DNA from: Eledone cirrhosa
Lineage: Eukaryota
Direction of reading: 5' to 3'
DNA length: 64,000 nucleotides
Assembly (NCBI GenBank): GCA_964016885.1
Contig: OZ024746.1
Coordinates: forward strand, 70,184,001 to 70,248,000
Shown: piece by piece, positions 26,201 to 39,187 of the stretch
How the letters are laid out: each line of letters starts with the position of its first letter
Position numbering within the stretch: position 1 is the first letter of the stretch
The notes under the pieces: generated by a model
Database searches by the model: none
Seen by the model: only the letters and a program-made list of their open reading frames with translations
What the model was told of the DNA's origin: nothing
Made by a program: the position numbers and the translations under genes

Positions 26201-26944
26201 AGGAGGACATGATATGAAGGTTAAAAACACTTGTGGATAGTGCAGTTTTAAATCAACATATGAAAAGTAGTTTTAGATTGATGTGTGATATTGGGGAAAA
26301 ATATTTGTTGAGGGGTGGGGGGTGGAAAGGATGAAAAAGAGGAGGAGATGAGAGTAAAAAGTGGAGGGGGGAGTATAATGAGGAAGGATGAGATAGGAGG
26401 AGAGATGGGTGATAGAGAGAGAGAGATAGCTTTTATAACTGAGAAAAATATATTGTTTTACATAGAGAGGTTGAAAAACCGTTGGAAGATAATGTATAAA
26501 TTAAAAGAATTTGAAAATTAACGAAGAGAAAAATAATGTAAAGTTAAGGTTTGTATATTGAAGGGTTTAATAATATGTGCGATGAAAAGAAATTGTTAAT
26601 ATGTATTAAGAATAATATTTAAAGGTTTAATAATATGTGCGATGGAAAGAAAATGTTGATATGTATTATTAAAAAAACAGAAGTAATGTAAGTAAGGATA
26701 TATTGTGAGATGAGCATGAATAAGTTAGATGAAAGTGAGAAAAAAATAATGAATAGAGGATGAATAATCTAACGTCAAAAAAAATGTTTATGTTTACGAA
26801 GGATTTTTTCAAGGTGATATAAAGTAAGAATATAGTGTATTGTGTAATAATTGTTTCTATATTAGGCACAGTGAGAAAAGGTACAGATTAGGGGTTAGAA
26901 ATTAAAAGAAAAAGAAAACTCACCTCCTACATATATATATATTA

Positions 26945-27572
26945 TATTAGAAAGTGAGGTTTTTTTTACAAAATGAAAAAAAACGACTGAAAGTATAAGG
27001 AAAAAAGATTAAATCAGAAATGCAACTGGAGTCTTTTTTTTAAAAATATATATATTTATTTGGTTCCTTTACCGGTTTCGCAGTTCTTGTGCTTTTCAAA
27101 AGTAGAATTAAGATGGAGGGTTTGTGGTTTTTCTTGCAAGTTTTATATGGAAAAAAGTGGCTCGAAATGCTAGGTTTTTAGAAAAGTGATTTGGTTGGTT
27201 GATGACTGTCATGTGAATAAGTATAATAAATTTTGCGCCAGTTCGCGTTACAAAGTTCTTATTATATTTGCCTTTAAAAAAAGGGGGGCTCAGATTGTTT
27301 TTTCGAACTTTGTATCGCGAACTGGCGCGAAATTTATTATACTTATTCACATGAAAGTCATCAACCAGCCAAATTACTTCTCTAAAAACCTAGCATTTCG
27401 AGCCACTTTTTTCCATATTAAACAGAAGTAACATTCGAACACCAACCAGATGCGAGGAGAAAAACCACAAATCCTTCATCTCAATTCTACTTTTGAAAAG
27501 CACAAGAACTGTGAAACCGGTAAAGGAACCAAATAAATATATATATTTTTTTTAAAAGACTCCATCTTTTTT

Positions 27573-27575
<3 letters not shown>
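26945..27575. mobile_element. Large imperfect fold-back of a PLE-terminus-like repeat
   Basis: Arms ~27030-27266 and ~27305-27560 are reverse complements. Flanked by (TA)n. Confidence 0.7.
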
Positions 27576-27653
<78 letters not shown>

Positions 27654-28799
27654 ACAGGTTTCTACACACCTTATGTCAACTAAATTTTATCCTCCAGGCA
27701 TTCCTCCACCCGACTCTGTAGTAGAAGACACATTCCCTAAGGAAAGGGGGGCACTCAGTATGACTGAACTCGAAACCACGTCACTGCGAAGCAAACACCT
27801 TAATTAGACAGTCATACCTACACCTATATAAAGGAATGCTTGCAAACAAAATTTTCAAAGATATAACAGACGGTAGAATAGATATGAATTACATGGTGGG
27901 TAAAATATCTGCCTGGCAGAGCTAAGTAACAAAGAAGGGTAGGCTGCCTCATTTGTTTTTATGTTTCTTTAAATTACATCTGTTTCAAATACATCTGTGC
28001 TATTGCTTCAACAACTACTGTTCTTGTGGCGGATGCTGTTATTGGTAATTATGGTTCCATCGATTTCATTCACGTTGTTCGTATTTTCAGCATTATTGCT
28101 CATTTTTATGAAGTTATTTACTTTGACTTTTCTTTGCGTAAAATGTCATTGAAGCAGACAACGCAAGCAATATATTTTGATTAATAAAACAAATACTTGA
28201 TGGAAAAATAGCATTTATATTTTCCACCTACTCATTCGACATTTTCAAATGAAATAACTTTATAAAAAGCATCCGGCAAGAAATTCGATTTAGAAAAATT
28301 GCACAAACGCCATGTTAGATAAAGAAACAGAGATAAGAAAATTAGACCAAATACAGACTTATAAATACTTAGGAATTAATGAAGTAGACGGAGTACAATG
28401 TATACAAATGAAAACAAATGTTAAATATGTATATAATAGACACATTAGATTAATATTTAAAACAAAGCTAAAACAAATAAGGTAATATGCAGCATAATAT
28501 ATGTTATACAATATTCTCAATTGGAGACTAAACAGAACAACGAGAAAAATTATGGACTGCAATCGCGTTTAGAAATAATATATTTACAACGAATACAAGG
28601 ATCTATGGGTCTTCTGCAGCTAAAATATTTAAAATATCTACTGGAGGACTACATATATAAATTATTGTTATTGCTATTTAGCCCCAAGTCATCTTTGATT
28701 GAATCGGATCTATGCTCAATGGATTATATTACTCAAAGTGTCCTTTCCTTTCTCAAGAGTGTGGGATAAGATTTAAGAGATTTGGCTATAATTTCTAGC

Positions 28800-29474
28800 A
28801 ACACCATTTAGTAAATAATTCCACCACCAATAACAGCATCAACAACAACAGCAATAGCAAAACACTAGCAACAACATCAGTAACAACAACAGCAGCAACA
28901 ACATCTACACCAACATCACCAACACCAGCAACAAAAAGAGAATTAACAACAACACTGCCAATAACAATACTACCAACAACAAGAACAATAACAACAATGC
29001 TACCAACAAGAACACCAACAACGACAACACCAATCACAACACTACCAACAACAATACAAACATCAACAAGACCACCGACAACACCACCAACAACACCAAC
29101 AAAAACACCAACACCAACACCAACACCAACACCACCACCACCAACAACACCACCACCACCAACAACAATACCACCACCAACAACAACACCACCACTAACA
29201 ATACCAATAACACCGACACCACCACCAATACCACCACTAACAACAATATCACAACAATACCACCACCACCAACAACACCACCACCAACAACAATACCACC
29301 ACCACCACCAACACCACCACCATCAACAATACCACCACCACCATCAACAACACCACCATCAACAACAATACCACCAACAACAACAATACCACCGCCAACA
29401 ATACCACCACCAACAACAACACCACCACCACCGCCAACAATACCACCACCAACACCAATACCACCAACAACAAT

Positions 29475-29506
<32 letters not shown>

Positions 29507-29520
29507 CAATACTTCAATAA
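28800..29520. repeat. (CAA/CAC)n low-complexity tract; similar tracts at 5340-5512, 36265-36452 and 44395-44810
   Basis: Degenerate trinucleotide repeats. Confidence 0.9.
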
Positions 29521-31490
29521 TTGTAATAACGATAACAAAAATACTAAATCAACATGGCGGGGTTATTTTTTGTTTTGTTTTGTTTCGTTTTATTTTCTCT
29601 TTTCGGTAATTATAGTTTGTTAAAAGAAAACGGAAAAAAAAGTAATTTATTTTTTCTCTGTTATTTTAAGTTTTGGCGAATCACGTCAAAAATTAATGCT
29701 CAGTATTAAAAGCTGAAACAAAGTGTTATTAGCAATTAATCTAGAATCTAGCTATAGAAATAATCTTTTAATTGCAATAATTAAAACCTGCCAAATTAGT
29801 GGAGCAAAGTTTGAACACGTAATACAATTTATTTACAACATGACTTATTGCTTTTCAACTAAAATTTTCCTGGCTTTTTTTTTTAATAAATTTATAGGAA
29901 ATTTATTGATTCAATGAAAAGAAATTATAGATACTTTTTTTGTATTCTGCATATAATCTTCTTCTTCTTCTTCTTCTTCTTCTTCTTCTTCTTCTTCTTC
30001 TTCTTCTTCTTCTTCTTCTAATACTGCTGCTGTTGTTGCTACTACTGCTACGTTCTTCTTTGATTTTTTCGTTCTTTGTTCTTCTTCTATTACCTAGGTT
30101 TCCTTCTATTTCAGTAAGTAATTTCCAGAGTGAAAACTTCACTTGTTATCGGCTAAAATTTGTTTCCTCCATTGATCTGAGAAAATCTACAAAAGATTAA
30201 GAACCTCTGTAGTAATTGTTTGAAGGATTTTTAAAACTTTATTTTGGGAATTTATTTAATTTGAATTAAATAGTATTTTTATAAATAAAAAAAAATCATA
30301 AGTCACAAAGTTTAATATTTCGACAGTAACTGTAGAGTGGCCGCTAAATCTTAGGCAGTACTTAGTTTCGCGTTCAAATTCTACTATAATCATTATGGCT
30401 GATGCTTGTTTCATGGTAGAAAAAATTGAATACGTGTCTTGTACTGTTTTTTTTTTTTGTTATTTATTTATTTATTCTTGTTTAATCGTGGAGGGAAAGT
30501 CAGTCCTCCTGGCCCTTTTCAGTCGTGGAGGAATAGAAAGGGGAGGATCTATCCTCGAACCGGAGACCTGGCCCGAATGCTTGCAACAAAATAGACTCCA
30601 TTAAGAAACATCCAAGGGCTTGGTGGTGATGTTAAAACGGACGAAGGATTAAATTTACCATCCACCCACCCAGCTATGTAGGGCATAGCAAGATTTTAAC
30701 TCATAATGCTAAGGAAATCTACCTTGTAACATCTCGTCCGATGCTCTAACAATTTCGGCAATACATCGTTCTGGACTGTTATTTGATTTTAATTATGCCG
30801 TAAGGATAAAAGTCAAAGTTAAGCTCGGTGATATTTTAACGGAACAAACACCACAAGACATTTTATAACGTAGTATTATAACAGCCCTGCCATTTCGCTG
30901 TAGTAGTGCTAATGGATAATATCTATCCTTTGTAAATTTATCACCTTTTAGCAATATAAGGTATTATTTAATTAGAATTCTTGAATAACTACTAGACAGT
31001 TGGGTAACCTAGGAACAGTGTACATGAATTATGAATTATTGAGACCGGATTTCAGCTCTTAATTAACTTCATGTGCGCCATGTTATTGAAACCCGTGTCA
31101 CTGGGGATGGCGTGTGAATTATCTCAAGAATTTCTACAGATTATTCAGAATTCTTAGTCAAAATATAAACCAAATGGAGATTGTTTCACTCAAATTACAA
31201 CTATTTTCATAACTACAATATTATTTTAATGACTTAAACCACTGGACTGCAACCATGCTGGAGTACTACTTTAAAAGAATTTAGTCGAATCATATCGACC
31301 CAGTAGTTATTTTTTAAGTCGAGAACTTATTTTATCGATTTAAAGAAACACAGACACAAACGTAAAAATAGACACGGGAATACACACGCCCACACTCACA
31401 CATACATACATACATACATACATGCATACATACATACATACATACATACATACATACATACATACATACATACATACATACATGCATAAT

Positions 31491-32048
31491 ACATGGTGGC
31501 TGCCAACTCGTTTTCGAGTACGGCCACTACTTTATATCCATGTAGGAGAACCCCAACCGATGTGCTGAACGAGTGTGACTTTTTAGTCCAGCCAGCGACT
31601 TGAAAACTCTGGTAGAAACACTACACCTGTGACAATTATTGACACAGTGCTGGGCCCATGGTACCATGTGACGACAAGTGCAGAGAGATCTCCAGATATA
31701 AAGCAATGCCTATGCCGCGAATCTTTTATAGTGAGCAAAGGCACTGCACAAGGCCAGTCCCACTCTCTTAACCAAGACGATATTTACCAAAAAGAAGAAC
31801 AAGTCAACATCATTGGATACCATCAGGGTTGCAGGTGTTATATCAGAGTTTTCCTTCTCCTAGAATTCTGCCTTGACAAAGGCTAAGGGGTCATCTCTCC
31901 CGGTGATTTTGGATGGCCATTGACTCTTAAGAGCTCCTTTGCCCTTTGACAGGTTTTGTTTTTAGTCCTGCAGGATGTCCAAAGTCACCCTCCTCACCAA
32001 GAAACCTTGGTGGGGTTGCCAGTTTAGTCGCCAACGACCCGACCATGA
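31491..32048 (-). mobile_element. Unclassified insertion in (TACA)n, possibly an RTE 5' UTR fragment
   Basis: GC-richer block with (TACA)n on both sides. Minus strand ctaggagaaggaaaactctga resembles RTE 5' UTRs (from memory, unverified). Confidence 0.35.
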
Positions 32049-32559
32049 TACATACATACATACATACATACATACATACATACATACATACATACATACA
32101 TACATACATACATAATGGCTTCATCTTGATTTCGAGAATTGCCATTACTTGATCCGTTTTACATATTTGCGTAGCACAAGCTTGACATCCAAGACCCCAA
32201 GGACTTACATTCCTTTCTGTATATGCTACAGCGATGAAAGTTACTTTCACTTTAACTCCGTTTTGTTTTGGCGAACGTTCAAACGACTTCGGAGTCCACC
32301 GATCGGATCACATTATTTCCCGCAATCCTGTCAGAAAGAAGGGCTAATGAGACCATAAGGGTCAACAGCATTTTATACAGAACTTCACTGGTAACTTCTA
32401 CAACCAGTTCTACTGAGAAAAACCCGACCACGCTCATTGCATACAGTCATTTTGAGCATCTAAAAATCCAGGTAAAGTGCTATCATGCAGACCCTTACGC
32501 AAATACCTCTTCAATTGTTCATGCTCCACACAAGATTTTTCAAATTCTTGTTTTCCATT

Positions 32560-32990
32560 AAACCCGGTTTTCCTTCAAGATGATTGATCTAATGAAATGC
32601 CTTCCCAGTTATCTTCTCTCATTTCCTTACTTTATCAGAGCTCTTTATACCTGAGTTTTGGTTATGCCGTAGCTGTTTGCCTTTACCTAACTCCCCGTAC
32701 AGAGACTATTTTTGGAATACAATGATCTGGCATTACATAACTCCCCGTACATAAACTATTTTGGAATACAATGATCTGGCATTCTTACAAGATGACCACT
32801 CCAACACAATGTATGTTGAGTTATGAGAGATTCAATACTTTCAAAGTGATTTCGTTCCAGCACTTCAACATCATTCATATGCGGAGTATTCCAACCGGAA
32901 ATGTCCAAGCTTTTTTATATTTCGGGTTTCTGAGAGAAAGCAACAAATTCGCAATCACCTGCATATAGAAATTCGCGTATTAAAGACGTA
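32560..32990 (-). mobile_element. Highly degenerate RTE-like LINE C-terminal region
   Basis: Minus-strand remnants PK.SL.GELGKG. Internal ~50-bp tandem duplication. Confidence 0.4.
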
Positions 32991-33054
32991 AACACATTTG
33001 TTTTCGTAGTAAACCACCAGATGTTAAAAACTCATAGGGAAACCCTTAGGGAAA

Positions 33055-33241
33055 TATTGTTTCTAATTTTGGCACAAGGCCAGCAATTATCCCAGTACAT
33101 TACTGGTACTTGATTTTATCGACCCCGTAAAGATGAAAGGCAAAGTTAACCTCGGCGGGATTTGAACTCAGACCATAAAGGGCCGTAACTCTTTGCTGCA
33201 AAGCATGGCGTCCGACCCTCTACCGATACTGCCAATCCACC
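33055..33241 (-). mobile_element. tRNA-derived SINE family A with 15-bp TSD
   Basis: cccttagggaaatat at 33043-33057 and 33243-33257. Confidence 0.9.
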
Positions 33242-33344
33242 GCCCTTAGGGAAATATAATGCAAACAGTGTAGGTGCTCCCATGTCTTAACTTTGGATGC
33301 CTTTACTGTCTCTGCAGCAATGTTTTGTGCGCCTGCTTTACCGC

Positions 33345-33760
33345 AAGAAGAATACTATCGCGAATACAAGCGACGAAAATGGGGTTCCTCCGAAGGACCT
33401 TTGGAGTAACGTTACTCGATAGAGTGTGTAGCTCGGAGATCAGAGAGTCACTCCAGGTAGAGCTGCTACTTTTCCGAATTAAGAGATCACAGCTCTGATA
33501 CTATGGGCATGTGGTTAGAATGTTTGAGGAAAGAACCCCTGGACAGATTTTACGGACAAAACCAATCGACGGGAGACCGAAGGGTAGACTTCGCGCAAGA
33601 TGGTTGGATAACTTCCATGATCTTGGCTGGTCTCGCTTGGGGATCCAGTCGGAGCAGTTGAAGACGGTTGCTTCTGACAGGACCCGCTGGAAGAAGTGTT
33701 TGAGGACTCTGTCCCCTCGACCCTCTTAGGAATAAGTAGGCGAAGAAAAACAAGATGAAG
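33345..33760 (+). mobile_element. RTE-clade LINE 3' fragment
   Basis: SRIQATKMGFLRR..GVTLLDRV..SEIRESL..QL*YYGHVVRM..RPKGR.RARWLD. Confidence 0.85.
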
Positions 33761-33812
33761 ACTAGGTGCTGGTATATCCCCTTGTTTTGCCCCATTTTCA
33801 ACAAACACACAC

Positions 33813-33895
<83 letters not shown>

Positions 33896-34071
33896 ATGTG
33901 TTTATTATTCTTTATTATGGCTAAACGATCAGCGCTGTTACTCAGGAGTTTCACCTGTGTACTCACAGGATCATGCGACAAAGTTCTTATCATAAGGCTT
34001 TGGTCACCCCGACGCTGTAGTAAAAGACACTTACTCAAGCACCCATGCTGCTGAACCCATTAACTCCTTAA

Positions 34072-34150
<79 letters not shown>

Positions 34151-34818
34151 GAAGGATTTAAATGGATACAGTTCAGTAAAAGGAATTTATTGACACGTGT
34201 TTCAATAACAGTTATATAACCTGAAAACGGCTGCTATCTTCAAAGTATTAATTTTTCAGACACTCAATATTTCAATGATATTTTCAACTATCATTTCATC
34301 AGAATAATCTCATTGAGAACTTGTTTGATTTTTATAGAGAATATTAAGAGGGAGGAGTGAAGTTAGAAGAATAGTTAAGGAAGTGGATAGAAATTTTTGA
34401 TAGCAGTGGGTACTTAGATTCCCATTTGTTGTTTTGACATTTTTATAGAATACATTATTTGGCGTTGGTTATTTTTCTAAATATATAGAAGAATTAGAGA
34501 TAGTAAAGATATGCATGGTTGGTTTTGTGTTTGCACTTAATTAACATACAGACTTAAATTTCTCTTTCAAGTGTGTGTATCCATTTGCCCACACATAGAT
34601 ATATGTGTATATATACTTTTTAAAAAAAAAAGAAAAACCCAAAAAAACATATATATACATGTATATACATGAATGTGTATGTGGGCACATATATATATAT
34701 ATATATATATACATATATATGTACCCACATACGCATTCATGTATATACACTTTCATACTCTACTTATCTTCATATACACACATATAGACACACACATATA
34801 TACATACATACTCCTGTC

Positions 34819-34868
<50 letters not shown>

Positions 34869-35568
34869 TGAGTACACATACATTTAATTATACACATCAA
34901 ATATATATATATATATACACACACTCGCCCACTTATTTACTTATTTATATACATTTTCACCTATATACATACATATGGTCGCTTTTAGACATATTCATTA
35001 TATCATATTCGCACCTATTCTCACCAGCATATTTATCCATTATTAGTGTGATAATTTAAGGTTATTAATAGTACATTTATATGTTGAGAAGTGATTGTTT
35101 TTATATTTTTCTAACTAGATTGAGGATTTGTATAGTTGGGAGGATGTCCCTCGTTTATGTAATATTCAGCTTGTAGTGGGGAAAAAAGGGTTTTAGTTCG
35201 GTGACGGCAGAATAATGTTCGTTCAATTCTGTTATTAAGCAGTTTCTTCTTGTGTGTGATTATGTAATAAATCTCAAGATTACATATTTTGCAGAAATTT
35301 TGGCTCCTGGAAAAGCTTTGGGTTTTAGCTAATTTCTCCCATTTTAGGGTAAACTTTTGATCGCTATCCCTGAGTGTCCAAGCTTTTTCTGCTAAAGTTG
35401 TTACATTTCTTTGGCTCTGGTGTTTTATTGAGTAAAAATGCCTATATAATCGAGATTTAAACGATGTTGCCGTTGATCCCACGTAATACCACTCGTTGCC
35501 TCCGGATTCAATGGTACACTTATAGATGATATTTTTTTCAAGGCAGTTATTGCCGAGGGGGCAATTGT
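34151..35568 (-). mobile_element. 5'-truncated Penelope-like element: GIY-YIG endonuclease plus 3' UTR/pLTR
   Basis: Frame extends the track ORF: NCPLGNNCLEKNIIYKCTI..YYVGSTATSFKSRLYRH..CKICNLE..LLNNRIE..CRH. Degenerate HHR near the 3' end. Confidence 0.8.
34186..34249 (-). ncRNA. Degenerate type I hammerhead ribozyme
   Basis: tTGAAGA-tagcag..ctgtta-tt-GAAA-cacgtg-TC. Palindromic stem III and GUC triplet. C3 mutated and stem I decayed. Confidence 0.55.
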
Positions 35569-35788
35569 CAGGACATGCTCACCGACATTGAGAGTTGACA
35601 CTGCAGTCAGTGCTCCTGTGGGAGCCCCTACACGGACACACTAGAAGCGGGAGGCCGAGGTTGACATATATTGATGCCCTAAGGACAGACACTGGTCTAT
35701 GGGAGACGCAGGACATGGGGGCGATGATGAAGGACAGAGACCGCTGGAGAGAACTCGTCCAGGGATCTCGGAAATTTTACCCGCCCTA
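35568..35788 (+). mobile_element. RTE-like LINE 3' end (family of 8436-8690)
   Basis: LLWEPLHGHTRSGRPRLTYIDAL...RDRWRELV followed by a TA-rich tail. Confidence 0.85.
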
Positions 35789-35817
35789 TATATCTATATC
35801 TATATCTATATATATAT

Positions 35818-35987
35818 AACAAAGGAAATGTGGTAAGGAACCAGATGGACCATAACGCACCAGAGTACTCAATACTTAGGGTAGTAGAGTGGGAAATAGG
35901 AAAAAGTAGCCGTTTCGACGGCTATTTCTGGACTCAGAAATAGCCGTCGAAACGGCTTGAGCTCTGTCGTCGGGGTCATACTTTTTC
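35818..35987 (-). mobile_element. Second copy of the 15977-16197 fold-back element
   Basis: Shared aaggaaatgtggtaaggaaccagatggacc... sequence. Hairpin 35908-35930 / 35935-35957. Confidence 0.65.
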
Positions 35988-36725
35988 ATATATATATATA
36001 TATATATATACGACGGAGTTCTGCTTTTTTCGTCTACCAAATTCCACTCACATGGCATTGGTCATTCTGTGGCTATATCAAAGGAAACTAGGACTGAATC
36101 TGAAACTATGTGGTTACAAAGTGAACTCTTTAACCAGACAATCACGACTGTAATATTTGAAATGTTTTTCCTTGCAGCCGAAGAGTTAGTTTGATAATGA
36201 TAGAATACGGCTGTAAATTACAGAATTGGATCAATATAAATGAAAGGGAAAATAATTAATGTGTTAACAACAACGACAACAACCAATAACACCTCCAACA
36301 CCATCACCACCACTAACAACAATAACACCACCAACACTAATATCCCCCCTCCCACTAACAACAACAACAACACACTCAATAACAACACCATCACTGCCAC
36401 CGCTACTAACAACAACAACAACAACAACAACATTAAAAACAACAACAAAATGTAACTGTTAAGATGTGTGGAAATGAGAAATGCTCTCGTTTTTGTCTTT
36501 CTGAGAAAAACATTAGCGACATTAACTAAACTGCAATGGCTTCAGTGACCAATTCATCTGTGTAAATAACAAGAATGTCTTCACTGAAAGCAGGTTTACA
36601 CATATTTAAGGAAATTAATGATTTTAGAGGATTTATTAAGAATGTAAGAAGCTTAATATAAAAAATAATAAACGAGTTGGCTTCAACTAAAAGTTGGAAA
36701 ATTTGAGTCGTGAAAGATATATATA

Positions 36726-37997
36726 CAGGGGTTCGACAAAATAATGGAAACACCTTAACATTTCAAACGAATTTATTTTAATATGGGGTAGGACCGCCTT
36801 TGGCAGTAATTACAGCTTGAATTCTACGAGGTAAAGGACTCGTACAAAGTTTGAATTGTTTCCAAAGGAATTTTTGTCCATTCTTCAGCTAAAACAGTTT
36901 CCAGTTCTTGTAGTGATGATGGTGGAGGATATCGACTCCTTACTTGTTTTTCTAAAATGCACCATAAATGTTCAATAATATTGAGATCTGGGGACTGTGG
37001 TGGCCAGATAAGATGTTCAACTTCACTAGAATGTTCCTCGTGCCATTCAGTAACAACTTTAGCTGTGTGAATTGGTGCATTATCATCCTGAAAGATTGCA
37101 TTTCCCTCCGGAAACAGTTCCGCAACCATAGGATGAATTTTATCAGATAAAATGCTTAAATAGTCTTGACTATTAATTCTGCCATGAAGGGAAACCACTA
37201 GGCCGGCGGATTTCCAAGATATAGCCCCCCAGATCATCACAGATCCTCCTCCATGTTTAACAGTTGGAAGAAGGCAGTCTAGGTCAAATGCTTCTTTTGG
37301 CTGTCTCCACACGTATACTCGGCCGGTGGTCGGAAATAAGGAAAAGGATGACTCGTCCGAGAAAATAACATTCTTCCACTGCTCTAGGGACCAATTCTGT
37401 AGGCTTTTACTCCACTCTAAACGTTTTACAACGTTTGTTTTTGAAAGTAGTGGTTTTCTGATTGCACCCTCCCGTGAAATCCGGCTTTGTGCAGCTCCCG
37501 GCGAACAGTTTTTGTGAAAACTGGGTTCTCGAGGTGGTCATTAAGCTCTGCAGTAATTTTGGGAGCTGTACTTTTATGATCCTTTCTAACAATTCGAGTA
37601 AGAGTCCGACGGTCCCTATCTGAAAGTTTTGGTTTTCTTCCGGAGTTTTGTTTCGACGAGGAGGTTTTTCCCTCTTTCTCAAAGGCTGCTATTACTTTCG
37701 AGACAGTACTTCTTGATACACAAATATTTCGGTTGTTTTCGTTACGCTCGCGTCTGCCGTACGAGCACCAACAATTTGACCTCTTTGAAAGTCCGATAGA
37801 TCTGTCATTTTAATGAATTTTAATTACCTTTTTCTGATGATATCTGAAAAGAAACAGCAATTTTAACAAAACATATTAAGCAACACTAATAATAAATCAA
37901 AAAACATAAAAATAAACAAGCTTTTAACGGTTTTATAGATATTTTAAAATGATGATGCTATGATGCTAGGTGTTTCCATTATTTTGTCCAACCCCTG
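36726..37997 (-). mobile_element. Full-length Tc1/mariner DNA transposon (DD36E spacing)
   Basis: 30-bp TIRs caggggtt(c/g)gacaaaataatggaaacacct with one mismatch. TA TSDs. 1272 bp. Confidence 0.95.
36780..37808 (-). pseudogene. Frameshifted Tc1-family transposase
   Basis: MTDLSDFQRGQIVGAR (HTH); IFSDESSF; TVKHGGGSVMIWG; FQDDNAPIH; WPPQSPDLNIIEHLW. Confidence 0.9.
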
Positions 37998-38035
37998 TAT
38001 ATATATATGTGTGTGTGTTTGTGTGTGTGTGTGTG

Positions 38036-38297
38036 GAGGCATGTGGCCTAGTTGTTAGGATGTTGGACTTACTCTCATAATGGCCTGGGTTGCGTGTTGT
38101 GTTCTTGGGCAAAACACTTCATTTCACGTTGCTCCAGTATACTCAGCTGAAAATGAATAGCAGTAATAGCTGGGGGTTTAACCCTGCGATGGACTGGAGT
38201 CCTGTCCAGGGGGGAGTCTTGTACTCTCAGTCACTTCCCGCTATGAAACCGGGATAAGCACCGGCCAAATGAGCCTTCTTGCTTAAGACAGACTTTA
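38036..38297 (+). mobile_element. CORE-like tRNA-derived SINE
   Basis: ggcatgtggcctagttgttagg head; tgttcttgggcaaaacactt; aaccctgcgatggactggagtcctgtccaggggg. Confidence 0.75.
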
Positions 38298-38541
38298 TAT
38301 ATATAAAAAAAAACTCACTTTCTAATATATATAAATATTTATATAGATATTGTTATACTTGGGGAGAGTCATATTTGTGTAATATTGCCAGAATTAATAA
38401 CAGAACACACTCACTGTTTGGTTGATTTTCCCCAAGTATAACAATATTTGTTTCGACACACGATTTCATATCAAAAACCTCGCAAAACTAATTTATATAT
38501 ATACATTTATATATATATATTTATATATATATATATATTTT

Positions 38542-38574
<33 letters not shown>

Positions 38575-38581
38575 ATATTTT

Positions 38582-38632
<51 letters not shown>

Positions 38633-38635
38633 ATT

Positions 38636-38688
<53 letters not shown>

Positions 38689-38938
38689 ATATATTTACAT
38701 ATATATATATTTATATATCGTTTCTGAATTTGTTTAGCAAGATTCTTTATCTGAAATCGTGTGTTGAAACCGATATTGTTATACTTTGGGAGGGTCATGT
38801 TGCCAATAAGAAACACACGCACCAGTTGCTTTCACTTCAATTTATTATATATTTATAAATTTATAAATTTACAAATCTACAAACTTATAAATTTCTGGTT
38901 GGTTGGTTGGTTCCACAACCAGATAGTTGTTTATATAT

Positions 38939-38983
38939 AGTCATAGTCCTTTCGTCACACACTCTGTGACCTCTTCAGTGACT
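38939..38983 (-). ncRNA. Minimal type I hammerhead ribozyme in the PLE 3' region
   Basis: agtca-CTGAAGA-g-gtcaca(gagtg)tgtgac-GAAA-ggac-TA-tgact. Perfect stems I and II. Confidence 0.85.
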
Positions 38984-39187
38984 GGGGATTCCTTTCTTTG
39001 TTTCTGTGCCTTTCCTTTCTTCTGTCCTACGCCATTTTGTTTCTGTGTGTGTGTTGTGTGCTCAGTTTGCGCATGCGCCACATCCGGGTGTCTGTGTGTG
39101 TTTGTGTTCATTTATCTATTTGTTTATTTATTTACATGTTGTTGGTTGGTTGTTTGTTCTATGTGTGTGTGTGTTTTCATTTTGTCC

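Noticed and set aside
28997-29623. 208-aa Pro/Thr/His/Gln-rich ORF
   Set aside because: Stop-free (CAA/CAC)n low-complexity tract, like several others here; no domain or splice support
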